Assembly (NCBI GenBank): GCA_965262775.1
Contig: CBDHFT010000007.1
Coordinates: 147,847-211,846, forward strand
Origin: Alphaproteobacteria bacterium
GTDB taxonomy: Bacteria; Pseudomonadota; Alphaproteobacteria; JASGCL01
Reading direction: 5' to 3'
DNA: 64,000 bases
The translations under genes and the position numbers were made by a program. The notes below the pieces were generated by a model, which was given only the letters and a program-made list of their open reading frames with translations, searched no databases and was not told the origin of the DNA. Numbering within the stretch: the stretch's first letter is position 1; each line of letters starts with the position of its first letter. Shown here piece by piece: positions 50,632 to 61,947 of the stretch.

Positions 50632-51375
50632 TCAATGTTGCAAAATTTGTTTTAAAAACAGCTGGGTGCGCGGCGATTGGGGATTATTAAAAAATGCCTC
50701 TGGCGCATTTTGTTCTATAATTTCGCCACCATCCATAAAAATAATTCGGTTGGCAACGCGTTTGGCAAATGCCATCTCGTGTGTTACCACCACCATCGTC
50801 ATACCGCGATTAGCAAGGTCTATCATCACATCCAGCACCTCGGCTATCATTTCAGGATCCAAGGCCGATGTTGGTTCATCGAACAACATGATTTTGGGCG
50901 ACAAACATAGGGCGCGCGCTATCGCCACCCGTTGTTGTTGCCCGCCCGATAATTGGCTTGGGTATTTGTCGGCTTGCTCGGGGATCTGGACCATTTGCAA
51001 ATATTCTTTGGCAATTTTTTCAGCCTCGGCCTTGCTTTTTTTCTTTACCCAAATCAAGGCCAGGGTGCAATTTTCCAACGCGGTTAAATGAGGGAACAGA
51101 TTAAAATGTTGGAAAACCATGCCAACATTTTCGCGCACCGCATGCACGCGTTTTAAATTGGTGTCAAGCACAATGCCATTCACTTCTATCTTGCCCTGCT
51201 GGTGAACCTCCAACCGATTGATACATCTTATCAAGGTTGATTTACCCGAACCCGATGGACCGCAAATGACGATACGCTCGCCACTCGCAACCTGCAGGTT
51301 GATGGATTTCAAGGCATGGAATTTTCCATACCATTTGTTGAGGTCTTCTATAATAATAACAGGTTTTTTTTCCAT
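50632..51375 (-). CDS. aapP: general L-amino acid ABC transporter ATP-binding protein
   Basis: [35 protein letters not shown]. Confidence 0.9.
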   Translation of the reverse strand: MEKKPVIIIEDLNKWYGKFHALKSINLQVASGERIVICGPSGSGKSTLIRCINRLEVHQQGKIEVNGIVLDTNLKRVHAVRENVGMVFQHFNLFPHLTALENCTLALIWVKKKSKAEAEKIAKEYLQMVQIPEQADKYPSQLSGGQQQRVAIARALCLSPKIMLFDEPTSALDPEMIAEVLDVMIDLANRGMTMVVVTHEMAFAKRVANRIIFMDGGEIIEQNAPEAFFNNPQSPRTQLFLKQILQH

Positions 51376-51395
51376 GGCTTATCTCCTTTGGTTTG

Positions 51396-52475
51396 TTACG
51401 GTTGTCTAGATTGGCTGAGTTTTAGTTTTTTTTCCAAATGGCCAGAAAACCGCGATATGGAAAAACAACAGATAAAAAACATGACCCCAATGAAAACGGC
51501 TATTTCGCGCCCCGCCGCTTTCCAATCGGCGCTAACCATCGTGGCCTTCCCCGCCCCCACGGCATCATACATCGAAACCACCGCGACCAGGGTTGTATCC
51601 ATCAACATACCAATAAAAATATTAACGATGGATGGAATGGAGGCCTTCAATACCTGCGGCATGATAATCAACCTTACCCCTTGCCAATAATCAAGTCCGA
51701 TGGCCGATGCCGCTTCGAACTGCCCCTTGGGCAGGGCGTTTAGGCCGCCACGCATAACCTCCGACAAGTAAACCGTTGCGAATAGGGTTATCATGATAAC
51801 GACGCGGAACAAGAGGCTATAACTTGTGCCCGCGGGTAAAAAATAATTCAACATGGTGGCGGCGACAAATATTAACATCAGCAACGGAATACCCCGCACC
51901 ACTTCGACAAACAACACCGTCATCTTTGACAGAAAAAACAAATTAGAACGCCGCGCCAAGGCCACCAATATTGATAAAGGAAAAGATATGGCAATACACA
52001 AAACCCCCACCACGATATTCAACATGAAGCCGCCGATTTGCCCGACGCCAACGGGGGTAAGGAATAATCCGCCGCCTATCAACCAAAAGGCAATGAAGGG
52101 ATAGGCCGCGGTGAAATAGAGGAATTTTATCCGTCGCTCATCCGATTTAAATTTTGATTTAAAAACGGGTATCAAAGCCACGAACAGCAAAAAAAATGCC
52201 AAGGCAGGACGCCACAACATCTCGGTTGGATAAAGATAAAATAAAAATAATTTCCAGCGCAGCGGGATGAATCCCCAACATGCCCCCTGATAACCCGCGT
52301 CATAACATTCGTGCACGCTGCGCGCGGTGAAGGAAGCATTAAAAATCAACCAATCAAGAATCGGCGGGATAGATATATAGAGCAACCAGATAATAAACAG
52401 CGTTAACAGACTGCTCCACCAGTTAGAAAAAAGGTTTTTGTGAAACCAAGTAAAGGTCGAAGAAAAAATAGACAT
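51396..52475 (-). CDS. aapM: general L-amino acid ABC transporter permease
   Basis: NLFSNWWSSLLT, GACWGFI, RGIPLL, SEVMRGGLNALPKGQFEAA. Confidence 0.88.
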   Translation of the reverse strand: MSIFSSTFTWFHKNLFSNWWSSLLTLFIIWLLYISIPPILDWLIFNASFTARSVHECYDAGYQGACWGFIPLRWKLFLFYLYPTEMLWRPALAFFLLFVALIPVFKSKFKSDERRIKFLYFTAAYPFIAFWLIGGGLFLTPVGVGQIGGFMLNIVVGVLCIAISFPLSILVALARRSNLFFLSKMTVLFVEVVRGIPLLMLIFVAATMLNYFLPAGTSYSLLFRVVIMITLFATVYLSEVMRGGLNALPKGQFEAASAIGLDYWQGVRLIIMPQVLKASIPSIVNIFIGMLMDTTLVAVVSMYDAVGAGKATMVSADWKAAGREIAVFIGVMFFICCFSISRFSGHLEKKLKLSQSRQP

Positions 52476-52497
52476 GGATATTATTTGGGTTTTGATA

Positions 52498-53762
52498 TTA
52501 CATTCTTAAAGAAATTTGTTTGTTGTAATAATTAATCAGCAGCGACATGGTGAGCGATAGGACCAAATAAAAACTTATGGCCAGCAACATACATTCCATT
52601 TCGCGACCAGTTATATTAAGGGTCGAGCTGGCCAGGGTGGTGCCAATATCGACATAACCAACCGCCACCGCCAGGGCAGAATTTTTTAATAACCCGATTA
52701 ATTCGCTTGATAAAGGCGGGATAATCATGCGCAAAGCCTGGGGCACCAACACCAAGCGATTAATTTGGCCGCGCGACAAACCTATCGCCATGCCCGCTTC
52801 GCTCTGCCCCTTCGCGATGGCCAACAAAGCAGCCCGCACCGTTTCGGCAATGTAAGAAGCGGCGAACAAAGAAAGCCCCAACAAGAGCGACATAAAAACC
52901 GCGGGCACGCGCGCGCCGAGCTCGAAAGTATATTCGCCAAATCGTGGCACCTCCCACTCCCCCTGCACCACAAAAAATACAACGCCAATCGGCAGGGCCA
53001 ATAATATGATACCAAGCCCATAGACCAAAATGGGGTGCAATGGTTCACCCACCAGCAACCGATGACGCAAAGAAAAACTCTTGAGCAAAAATAACCCCGC
53101 CGCCATGACCAAGGCCGCCGCAAACAAATACCCGCCGCCCGAAGAAAAAATAAATTTTGGTAAAGCCAACCCATCATTGCTGAGGAAAAAATTAGGCGCG
53201 ACATGGATGGCACTTTCGGGCGGGGGAAAAGCCGTGGCAAAAACAATGTTCCAAAATATTATTTGAATCAGCAGCGGAATATTGCGCACCGTTTCGATAT
53301 AAACCAACGCCAAACGGCTAAGCAAAAAATTAGGAGACAACCGCGCCAGGGCTATCAAAAAACCCAATATCACCGCCAAACTGCAACCCCAGAAGGTGAT
53401 ATTAATCGTTCCAACACGCCAACCATCGCGGCACGCCAATGTGTGTCGCTGGGCGAAAAATCTATCAATGCCATGTCGGCATTGATTTCATAATTGGCGG
53501 GGGAAAATAAAAAATCGAAGCTAAAATTTTTGGAAACGCGCGAAAAATTTTCCACCACATTGCTAAAAGAATATAAAAATATTGCCAAGACGACAAAAAT
53601 AGCCACGCCCTGTAAAAACAAACCGCGCCGCTCTTCATCTTGCCAAATGCTCTGCCATTTTTGCTTCCAGGCTACGGGAATTTTATCAACCGCCCTATCC
53701 CGCCACTGCAAGACAAAACCCCTTATCACTTGAAAAAATTGCAAAACGAAAGACGGCACCAT
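52498..53762 (-). pseudogene. aapQ: general L-amino acid ABC transporter permease AapQ, frameshifted near 53409
   Basis: N-part (RGLFLQ…FDFL…THWRAAMVGVL) and C-part (TINITF…RNIPLLIQ…AETVRA…GQSEA) lie in different frames. One extra A gives VGVLETINITF. Confidence 0.85.
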
Positions 53763-53850
53763 ATCACAACCCCTCGCGAAAATGATAAATTTTTAGGAAG
53801 GTTTAAGAAAGAAAAAATTAGCTAATTTTTTCTAACAGGCACCAGGCATA

Positions 53851-54975
53851 TCAACGGAACGGTGGGGCGTACATCAACCCGCCACGCGTATAAAGATCAT
53901 TCAAGCCACGTTTTTGCAAGCCCAATTGATCCAGGTATTTGTGATACACTTCGCCGTAATTACCAACTTGCTTGATAACACGATAAGCCCAATCTTTGTC
54001 TAAGCCCAAATATTTGCCTGTGTTTTCGCCATTTAAGCCCAAAAAGCGGTTTACTTCGGGGTCGGCGTTGTTACCCGACTGCACTATTTTATCAACATTT
54101 TGGCTGGTGATATTTTTTTCTTCGGCATATATCATGGCATACATCACCCAACGTGTAATGTTCGACCATTGCTCATCCCCTTCGCGTATCGCGGGGGTAA
54201 GTGGTTCTTTCGAAATGATTTCTGGCAAAACCTTAAAATCATTGGGATTTTTCTGGCTGAGGCGGTTCGCGGCGAGGCTGGAACGATCGGTCGTGTAAGC
54301 ATCGCATTTGCCCGCTATCAAATTTTGCATCGCAACATCGCTGGTATCAACCACGATGGGCGTTGTTTTAATATTGTAGCGTCTAAAATAATCGGCCATG
54401 TTTAACTCAGTCGTGGTGCCCGCTTCCACGCAAACGCGTGCGCCATTCAATTGCTTAATCGTTGCCACGCCGCGGTCAATCAGGCGTTTGCCGACCATGA
54501 AGCCTTGCCCATCATAATAATTGGGGGGCAAAAAGTTTAATTTCAGGTCGGTATCGCGGCTCATAGAATAGGTTGTGTTGCGCGACAGAATATCAACTTC
54601 CCCCGATGACAAAACAGTGAATCGTTCTTTGGGCGAGAGGTTGCGGTAAATAACTTTATTTTTATCGTTCAAAATCGCGGCGGCAAGCGCTTGGCAAACG
54701 GCAATGTCTATGCCTTCCCAACTGCCATCATCGTTTTGTTTAGAAAAACCCAATAACCCAGCATTATGGATGCCGCAGGTCAGGGTTTTTTTCGATTGAA
54801 TGGATTTCAGAACGCTTGAAGCGGCCGAGGCTGGCTGCACCAAGGCAACCTGGGCCAGCACCGCCGAACCCGTGGCCAATGTCATCAACCATGCTTGCAT
54901 GGCTTGTTTTTTCGATGCCGTATTTTTTACGGCGTCATTTTTTATAAGTTTTTTCATTTTCTTTATCCTCTCCAT
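53851..54975 (-). CDS. aapJ: general L-amino acid ABC transporter substrate-binding protein
   Basis: LTCG, SGEVDILSRNTT, YYDGQGFMV, GTTTELN, ISKEPL, VGNYGE, GGLMYAPPFR. Confidence 0.92.
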   Translation of the reverse strand: MERIKKMKKLIKNDAVKNTASKKQAMQAWLMTLATGSAVLAQVALVQPASAASSVLKSIQSKKTLTCGIHNAGLLGFSKQNDDGSWEGIDIAVCQALAAAILNDKNKVIYRNLSPKERFTVLSSGEVDILSRNTTYSMSRDTDLKLNFLPPNYYDGQGFMVGKRLIDRGVATIKQLNGARVCVEAGTTTELNMADYFRRYNIKTTPIVVDTSDVAMQNLIAGKCDAYTTDRSSLAANRLSQKNPNDFKVLPEIISKEPLTPAIREGDEQWSNITRWVMYAMIYAEEKNITSQNVDKIVQSGNNADPEVNRFLGLNGENTGKYLGLDKDWAYRVIKQVGNYGEVYHKYLDQLGLQKRGLNDLYTRGGLMYAPPFR

Positions 54976-55350
54976 ATTATGTTTATATTTTGTTAATTTT
55001 TTTTACAACTGCCATCATACCAACAACATTTTTTTAAAAAATAGCGACTTTATCCCTTTTTTTTAATATTTTTACGATAATTTTATATATTTTATATATT
55101 TTATCCTCATTATCATAACAAGAGCACTCCCTTTACACAACAACTAAATTTTTACATTTTGCCCCTCTAAAAGACAAATTACAGCCCACAACCAGCACCC
55201 TTATTATTTTTGCCCTGTTATTGTAAAAGTTTTTTTCCTATCGCGCAATAAAAAATTGGCAAAAATATAATAAATTATTGAAAAAGTGGTAATAGTAATA
55301 TATTATAATACAAGTAAATATAAATAAAAAATAATAACTATTATTAATTC

Positions 55351-56241
55351 ATGATGATTACATTGGGTGCTGTTCAATTTGCTATGTCGTCTGACACGGG
55401 CAACGAAAAAAACAACAATCATGACAAGGCCGAAATGATGGTGCGTCAAGCCGCCAGCCAGGGGGCGCAGGTTATCCTTATTCCCGAATTGTTTTCTGCC
55501 CCCTATTTCTGCAAGGAAATGCGCGCCGAGTATTTTGCGCAAGCTCACAGCCGCGATAATCACCCGCTGCTCCAACGTTTTTCATCGGTGGCGCGCGAAC
55601 TGGGCGTGGTTATCCCCGTTAGTTTTTTTGAAAAAGCCAACAACGCCCATTACAACAGCCTTGTCATGATAGATGCCGACGGCAAAGAATTAGGAATCTA
55701 CCGCAAATCGCACATTCCTGACGGTGTGGGTTATGAAGAGAAATTTTACTTTTCACCTGGCGACACGGGGTTTAAAGTTTGGCAGACTGCCTTCGCCAAG
55801 GTGGGTTTGGGAATATGTTGGGATCAATGGTTTCCTGAGGCTGCTCGGATAATGGCCCTCAAAGGAGCCGAAGTTTTGCTTTACCCCACCGCCATTGGTT
55901 CGGAACCACCTGCACCAACCTATGATTCATCCGACCATTGGCAAAATACCATGTTGGGCCATGCCGCGGCCAATATCATGCCCGTGATGGCGGCCAACCG
56001 CATTGGCACCGAACAGGCCAAAAATGGTAACAGCATTACCTTCTACGGTCGCTCCTTCATTGGCGATTACCAGGGCAATAGGGTCGCCGAATCGCCGCGC
56101 GACAAGGAATCCATCATCACCCATGGGTTTGATTTGGTGGCGATTGGTGAATTGCGCCGTTCGTGGGGGGTATTTCGCGACCGTCGAGTTGACCTCTACA
56201 AGGATCTTTTAACCATGGATGGTTTTACCCGCCCTTCTTAG
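55351..56241 (+). CDS. aguB: N-carbamoylputrescine amidase
   Basis: PELF, YRKSHIPDG.GYEEKFYFSPGDTGF, ICWDQWFPEAAR, YPTAIGSEP, WGVFRDRR. Confidence 0.93.
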   Translation: MMITLGAVQFAMSSDTGNEKNNNHDKAEMMVRQAASQGAQVILIPELFSAPYFCKEMRAEYFAQAHSRDNHPLLQRFSSVARELGVVIPVSFFEKANNAHYNSLVMIDADGKELGIYRKSHIPDGVGYEEKFYFSPGDTGFKVWQTAFAKVGLGICWDQWFPEAARIMALKGAEVLLYPTAIGSEPPAPTYDSSDHWQNTMLGHAAANIMPVMAANRIGTEQAKNGNSITFYGRSFIGDYQGNRVAESPRDKESIITHGFDLVAIGELRRSWGVFRDRRVDLYKDLLTMDGFTRPS

Positions 56242-56258
56242 ATAATTACTTACCCTCG

Positions 56259-57455
56259 TTATCCGACTCTCATATCGCCATAACCATGGGCATCGGCTTG
56301 GGCATTACTTTGGGCATCACTTTGGGAATCATCCATCATTTGCCAAGCGGTTAGTAGGGGCAGTTTTTCCCTGCGGCGTCTGGCACGCTCCACGGCTTCG
56401 CCCAACTTGGCACGCCTTAACCTTGCCCCCACGCCATCCCTTATCATGTTCATCAAAAATGGCAACATGGCCGAGGTCGGCACCCCCGATTCATCAAATT
56501 CATGTAAAAACGGATAAAGTTTTTCCTGAAAAAACTCTTCGCTCACTTGGGCCGAATATTCGGCTTGCGCGTTTAATTGTCTTTGGCTTGCGGTCATATC
56601 TTTTATCCTATCGGCGGCCATCAACAAAAACGGGTTGGCTATGGCGGCGCGTCCTATCATCACACCGTCGCAATGTTGCAGATGTTGTTGGGCATCATCT
56701 AAGGTTTGTATCCCGCCATTGATAATAATTTCTAAATGGGGGAATTTCTTTTTCAAATCATAAACCCGTTGATAATTAAGCGGCGGCACGTGTCGGTTCT
56801 GCCTTGGGTTTAATCCTTTCAATATCGCCTTGCGCGCATGAATATGAAATAATTTCACTTGGGGTGCCGCCGTAATAATATCTTCCACAAACCTATCCAA
56901 AAATGCGTCATCGGTTTGTTCGTCAACCCCAATACGGCATTTGACCGAAAAAATAACATGGGGAAAGGCTTCGCTCATCGCCCGCATGATGCTGGCGACC
57001 AAGGCTGGATTTTTCATCAACACCGCGCCAAAATCACCCGCCCGCACTGCCTTTGACGGGCAACCACAGTTCAAATTTATTTCACGAAACCCTGCCCTAA
57101 CAATCAATTCGCTGGCTTGCACTGCATCCGCCACTTCCCCCGCCCCTAGTTGGAAGGCTACCGCCCCCTCCTCGCCCCCAGTGCGCAACTGCTGCTTTTT
57201 TTTCTCCAAATTTTGCATGAAGATAAGGCTTTTGGCTGGCACCATTTCGCCATAGATTTTTATGGTGGGGTTAAATAATCGCAAAAATCGCCGCCCCCAA
57301 TAATGGGTTGCCGCCATCATGGGCGCAACCGACAGATAATGGGAAAGGTCGGGGCGTAAGGACGTGCCTTCTTTGCCTACCCCATCTTTGTCGCCCCTAT
57401 CAACAGGTGATTGCGACAGGTTAGAAATAAATGGCGAAGGCGATTGCGTAGACAT
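56259..57455 (-). CDS. dusA: tRNA dihydrouridine synthase DusA
   Basis: SVAPMM, EINLNCGCPS, SVKCRIGVD, HARKAILKGLNPRQNRHVPPLNY, GVMIGRAA. The start is uncertain. Confidence 0.92.
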   Translation of the reverse strand: MSTQSPSPFISNLSQSPVDRGDKDGVGKEGTSLRPDLSHYLSVAPMMAATHYWGRRFLRLFNPTIKIYGEMVPAKSLIFMQNLEKKKQQLRTGGEEGAVAFQLGAGEVADAVQASELIVRAGFREINLNCGCPSKAVRAGDFGAVLMKNPALVASIMRAMSEAFPHVIFSVKCRIGVDEQTDDAFLDRFVEDIITAAPQVKLFHIHARKAILKGLNPRQNRHVPPLNYQRVYDLKKKFPHLEIIINGGIQTLDDAQQHLQHCDGVMIGRAAIANPFLLMAADRIKDMTASQRQLNAQAEYSAQVSEEFFQEKLYPFLHEFDESGVPTSAMLPFLMNMIRDGVGARLRRAKLGEAVERARRRREKLPLLTAWQMMDDSQSDAQSNAQADAHGYGDMRVG

Positions 57456-57496
57456 GGCGGCGGGACGGCAGAAAATAATTTTTATAAAACTGGCTT

Positions 57497-58231
57497 TTAT
57501 AAGGTTAGGGCGGAAGCCTGGGCGTCTTGAAAAAAGTTAAGCACCGCCTCGCGCGAATAATCGGTCAGGTCTTTCCCAAACAATGGTAATTTTTCTATCA
57601 TGTCGCTTGGCATGGTAATTATTTTACAACCACAACGCGCCGCCTCGACCGCGCTAAAAACCTGCCTTGTTCCCGCCCACAACAATTCGGCATGGGGCCT
57701 GTTGGCATGGGCCAGTGCTGCGGCGGCTTCCCGCACCATTGGTTCGGGGTCAACCCCCGTATCGGCAATGCGCCCAGCGAAGATAGAAAGGACGGCAGGG
57801 GTTTTGTCCGCAAGAAAGGGCAATAATGCAACGATCTGCTCAACGGTAAAGATGGCGGTGATATTGAGTTTGATACCAGCCTGGCTCAAGGTTTTGATAA
57901 CCTCATGCGTTGGCACCCCCGCGGTGTTGGTGATGGGAACCTTAACATAAACATTGTCGGCCCAACTGGCCAATATTTTTCCTTGGCTTATCATATCTTG
58001 GTTGTTATCGGCAAAAATCTCAAAACTGATAGGTTTTTTTATCTCGGCCAATAATTCCTGGGCAAATTTTTTATAATCACTCACCCCCGATTTTTTCATC
58101 AAACTGGGGTTGGTGGTAAACCCCGCGACATAGGGTAATTTGTTCAGGGCGAACATTTTATTTTTATCGGCACCATCGGCATAAATGGCGATATTTGGCA
58201 ATTTCATCGGTGCAGTGGTTGATGTTGTCAT
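57497..58231 (-). CDS. tal: transaldolase (short form)
   Basis: IYADGAD, GFTTNPSLM, NVYVKVP, SIFAGRIADTG, LLWA. Confidence 0.9.
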   Translation of the reverse strand: MTTSTTAPMKLPNIAIYADGADKNKMFALNKLPYVAGFTTNPSLMKKSGVSDYKKFAQELLAEIKKPISFEIFADNNQDMISQGKILASWADNVYVKVPITNTAGVPTHEVIKTLSQAGIKLNITAIFTVEQIVALLPFLADKTPAVLSIFAGRIADTGVDPEPMVREAAAALAHANRPHAELLWAGTRQVFSAVEAARCGCKIITMPSDMIEKLPLFGKDLTDYSREAVLNFFQDAQASALTL

Positions 58232-58513
58232 GATGCTGGCTCCTGCTTGTTTTTTCTATTATTCCTTCTTTCAAAGAACGGGGGAAAAATCAAGTGCAAT
58301 AAAAAAACCTAAAAAAAGTAATAAACAACCATGAATTAAACCAATGGTTTATATTTGCTATGCGGGGTTATGAGAATGCCTCACTCCATAATAAGTAAAA
58401 TAATATTATTACTTGTCCTTGACTTATGAATACATTCAATATAGCATAAAACTCAATTTTAATATCAACTAAAAGCTATTGCGAGAATTATTAAAGAATT
58501 CCCTAAAAATGAT

Positions 58514-59095
58514 ATGACCGAAAATAATTTTGGTAAAAACGACGAAATGACATCTAGGTTGGCAGGGGGGCATGCTAATTCACAGCCCATGGAGGATGAT
58601 ACATCGCCCGTCGAACATAAACCAATAAGCGAGCGAGAGGTCATCAAAGCCCTGCAACAGCGCGGCACAAAAACCAGCGATAGACCCCAGGGCAAAATGC
58701 AGGGCGACCAAAGCAACCTGCTCTACCTCACCAGTCAAATAGCCGTTGCTTATTTTCAAAATAACAATGTTGCTTCGACCAATGTGTCCGATGTCATTGC
58801 CGCCATTCACCAATCGCTGCGCCAGGTGAAGGACGACAACACGGTTAACAAAAAATCGGTGGTCAACATCAGCGATAGCTTAACCCCCGATTATATTATT
58901 TGTTTAGAAGACGGAAAAAAATTGAAAATGTTGAAGCGGCATTTGAGAGCCAATTTTAACATGTCGCCCACCGAATACCGTGCCAAATGGGGTTTGCCGC
59001 CCGATTATCCCATGGTGGCGCCAAATTATGCCAATTTGCGCTCGCAATTTGCCAAACAAACTGGTTTAGGTAAAGTGGGTAAAAAAAAGGGATAA
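58514..59095 (+). CDS. mucR: MucR/Ros family transcriptional regulator
   Basis: LTSQIAVAY, PDYIICLEDGKKLKMLKRHL, YRAKWGLPPDYPMVAPNYA. Confidence 0.95.
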   Translation: MTENNFGKNDEMTSRLAGGHANSQPMEDDTSPVEHKPISEREVIKALQQRGTKTSDRPQGKMQGDQSNLLYLTSQIAVAYFQNNNVASTNVSDVIAAIHQSLRQVKDDNTVNKKSVVNISDSLTPDYIICLEDGKKLKMLKRHLRANFNMSPTEYRAKWGLPPDYPMVAPNYANLRSQFAKQTGLGKVGKKKG

Positions 59096-59152
59096 GATAA
59101 TCAAAAAATCTAAACGATAAAAAGCAATGGGGCAAAAAGAAAAGGAAGTATA

Positions 59153-60988
59153 ATGAAAAAATTTTTTCTGCGTAAATCAAATAAATTATCATCCCCCTTG
59201 CTAAGCGACCATCAAAACCAAAAAGGAAATTTTTGGTCGAATGGGAAAAAGATAATTTTCTCCAAACAAACTCTCTTGGTGGGCTTGGTGGTGGTTGCGG
59301 GTATGACGCTACTCAGTCGTTTGCCTGTTTTTTCTTCCGCCAGCAACATGCTGCGTGGCGGGAATAAAATTGACAATATCAACCTTGCCCCGTTGCTATC
59401 GGGCAATTATGCTACCAGCAACAATAATTTTGCGGTTGCTATCAAAAATTTAAGAAATGCGCTGCGCGATCCCGCCCTTGACGCTGATGCAAAAAACAAT
59501 ATTTACCAACAATTATTCGTCCTCTATATAAAAAATGGTAACTTCGCCAGTGCCAACAGTTTGCTGTCCAAACTTATGCCCACCGTTACCACCGACAACA
59601 AACCCGAAACGTCCAGCTTCGCCAATTTGGTTAATTTGTTTATTACCATAGATCAAATTAAGCAAAAAAAATGGGAAGGTAATATTTTGCGCGATGATGC
59701 CAAGGGCGGAGTCTCCAGCGATCATATTGCCGTTATCTCTGCCTGGGGTGAGGCTAGCCGCGACCGCGAGGATGCGGCGTTGGCAGCATTGGACGAATTA
59801 AAAAAGTCGAAGAACAGCAACGACGAGGCTATTTTGGCGCAACGCGCCATGATGAAGTTGCTGTTGAAGGAACCATTAAGTTTAAGCGACATCACAACGG
59901 GCGAGGAAATCCCCAAACCAAGTGAATTATCATTGGCGCAAAGTCGGCTTTACTTGCAATCGCTCAGCCTAGAAAAAAAATGGCAAGAGATGGATGATTT
60001 CATCACCAACCTTGATCATCCGCTGCCTTTAACTTTGTTAGCCGACGAAGAAAAAATTAAAAACAAAATTGCCCTGCCGATATTGATAGAAAAACCCGAA
60101 GATGGTCTATCTTATTTTGTGTTGGATGCCGCGCTTAATTTGCTGTCGGTTAATCCTGACGTTGCGCTGATATTTTGTCAATTGGCTTTGTTTGCCAACC
60201 CCAAGAATTTTGACGCCGCCTTCATGTTGGCCAACATCGACAGCAACGTTGGTTTGGTTAATAATTCTTTTTCGATATTGGATGATTTGAAAAGAAATAA
60301 AAATTACTTTCATATGGCCAACCTGACCGAAAATAATTTGTTGTATGGTTTGGGCGATGCCGAGCAGGCGAAAAAGAATTTAACCAACCTCATCCGTGAC
60401 TTCCCCGCCATTGTTGATTATTCTTTGTTGTTAGGGCAAATCAACATGAGTGAAAAAAATTATCGCGAAGCCGAACGCAATTATGCCGCGGTGTTGGAAG
60501 AAAGCAAAAATTATAAGCAGAATGACCGTGCTTGGTTTTATTATTTTCAATATGGCATAGCCTTAGAACGGCAAAGCAAATGGGCATTGGCAGAAAACAA
60601 TTTCTTGATAGCCCTGAAACTAAACCCCGATTCTGCGGAAACCCTTAACTACCTTGGTTATTCGTGGATTCAACGGCATAAAAATGTTGGACAGGCTTTG
60701 GCAATGTTGCAAAAGGCAAATAAATTATCGCCCAACAATGGTGCTATCCTTGATTCGTTGGGTTGGGCATATTACCAATTGGGCAAATATGAAACGGCGC
60801 GTGGTTATTTAGAAAAAGCCGGGCAGTTGGTTGCCGACGACCCCGATATCAACGAACATTTGGGTGATGTTTATTGGCGTTTAAAGCAAAAAACCACGGC
60901 GCAATTATTCTGGCAAAAATCATTGAGCAATTTGGATGATGATGGATTGCGCGGGCGATTGGAAAACAAAATAAAATCTGGTTTGTAA
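59153..60988 (+). CDS. TPR-repeat periplasmic/membrane-anchored protein
   Basis: N-terminal TM segment; LNYLGYSW, ILDSLGWAYY, EHLGDVYW; lies upstream of ispE. Confidence 0.88.
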   Translation: MKKFFLRKSNKLSSPLLSDHQNQKGNFWSNGKKIIFSKQTLLVGLVVVAGMTLLSRLPVFSSASNMLRGGNKIDNINLAPLLSGNYATSNNNFAVAIKNLRNALRDPALDADAKNNIYQQLFVLYIKNGNFASANSLLSKLMPTVTTDNKPETSSFANLVNLFITIDQIKQKKWEGNILRDDAKGGVSSDHIAVISAWGEASRDREDAALAALDELKKSKNSNDEAILAQRAMMKLLLKEPLSLSDITTGEEIPKPSELSLAQSRLYLQSLSLEKKWQEMDDFITNLDHPLPLTLLADEEKIKNKIALPILIEKPEDGLSYFVLDAALNLLSVNPDVALIFCQLALFANPKNFDAAFMLANIDSNVGLVNNSFSILDDLKRNKNYFHMANLTENNLLYGLGDAEQAKKNLTNLIRDFPAIVDYSLLLGQINMSEKNYREAERNYAAVLEESKNYKQNDRAWFYYFQYGIALERQSKWALAENNFLIALKLNPDSAETLNYLGYSWIQRHKNVGQALAMLQKANKLSPNNGAILDSLGWAYYQLGKYETARGYLEKAGQLVADDPDINEHLGDVYWRLKQKTTAQLFWQKSLSNLDDDGLRGRLENKIKSGL

Positions 60989-61041
60989 AAAAATTATCTC
61001 ATCATTTGATTTCATAATTTATCAAAAATAATATTACCTTT

Positions 61042-61947
61042 GTGATGCGCCCGCAGGATAGCACCATATTATTGGCGCCCGCCAAAATAAATTTGGCTTT
61101 GCAGGTCGCAGGTCGCAGGGATGATGGTTATCACCTGCTATCATCGTTGGTGGCGTGCGTTAACTTTGGCGACGAGATAACCATCATGCCGAGCGCAGAA
61201 CCCTATAATCCCAGCACCGATTTAACAATCACGGGAGAATTTGTTGCCCATGTCGGTGCCGAAAAAAATAATTTTATTACCCGCGCCATAGAATTATGCC
61301 AAACCGCCAGTGGTCAACAATTTTGTGGCAAGGTTATGTTGGAAAAAAAAATACCCATCGGTGGTGGTTTGGGCGGCGGCACCAGCGACGGCATAGCCAT
61401 GATGCGTTATTTGGCAAACCAATGGCAATTGGACGCGGCCACCCAAAAAAATATAGCAGAAAAAATTGGCGCGGACGGCCCCGCTATTTTTTTTGGTAAG
61501 CCATGTTTGGTATCGGGCATTGGCGATGCGATAAGCCCTGTCCCCCTGCCCGCGGATTTTTACACTTGGCATTTGTTATTGGTATCAAGCGGGGTGTTTG
61601 TTTCAACGCGCGATGTTTTTGCAAAACGATCAGCCATTGATAGTAAGTGGGATGCTCCCTTTTCTCTTTCAAACGCCGCTTCACCAACCTCACCACCCGT
61701 GCCATCGGTTGATAATATCATGACATGGCGCAATGGGCTCGAGGATGCGGCTTGCCAATTATACCCAGCCTTATCATTGGTTAAAAAATCAATTTTACAA
61801 AACGAAGGATGTTTGCTTAGCAACATGACGGGCAGCGGCGGATGTTTTTATGGATTGTTCGATAGCGATGCCCATGCCGAGGACGCATTGCATCATTTGC
61901 GGCAACAAAATTTTTGGGCGAAGCGCGTAAAAATAAGGGCGCGATAG
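61042..61947 (+). CDS. ispE: 4-diphosphocytidyl-2-C-methyl-D-erythritol kinase
   Basis: APAKINLAL, RDDGYH, KIPIGGGLGGGTSD, IGADGP, MTGSG. Confidence 0.93.
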   Translation: MMRPQDSTILLAPAKINLALQVAGRRDDGYHLLSSLVACVNFGDEITIMPSAEPYNPSTDLTITGEFVAHVGAEKNNFITRAIELCQTASGQQFCGKVMLEKKIPIGGGLGGGTSDGIAMMRYLANQWQLDAATQKNIAEKIGADGPAIFFGKPCLVSGIGDAISPVPLPADFYTWHLLLVSSGVFVSTRDVFAKRSAIDSKWDAPFSLSNAASPTSPPVPSVDNIMTWRNGLEDAACQLYPALSLVKKSILQNEGCLLSNMTGSGGCFYGLFDSDAHAEDALHHLRQQNFWAKRVKIRAR

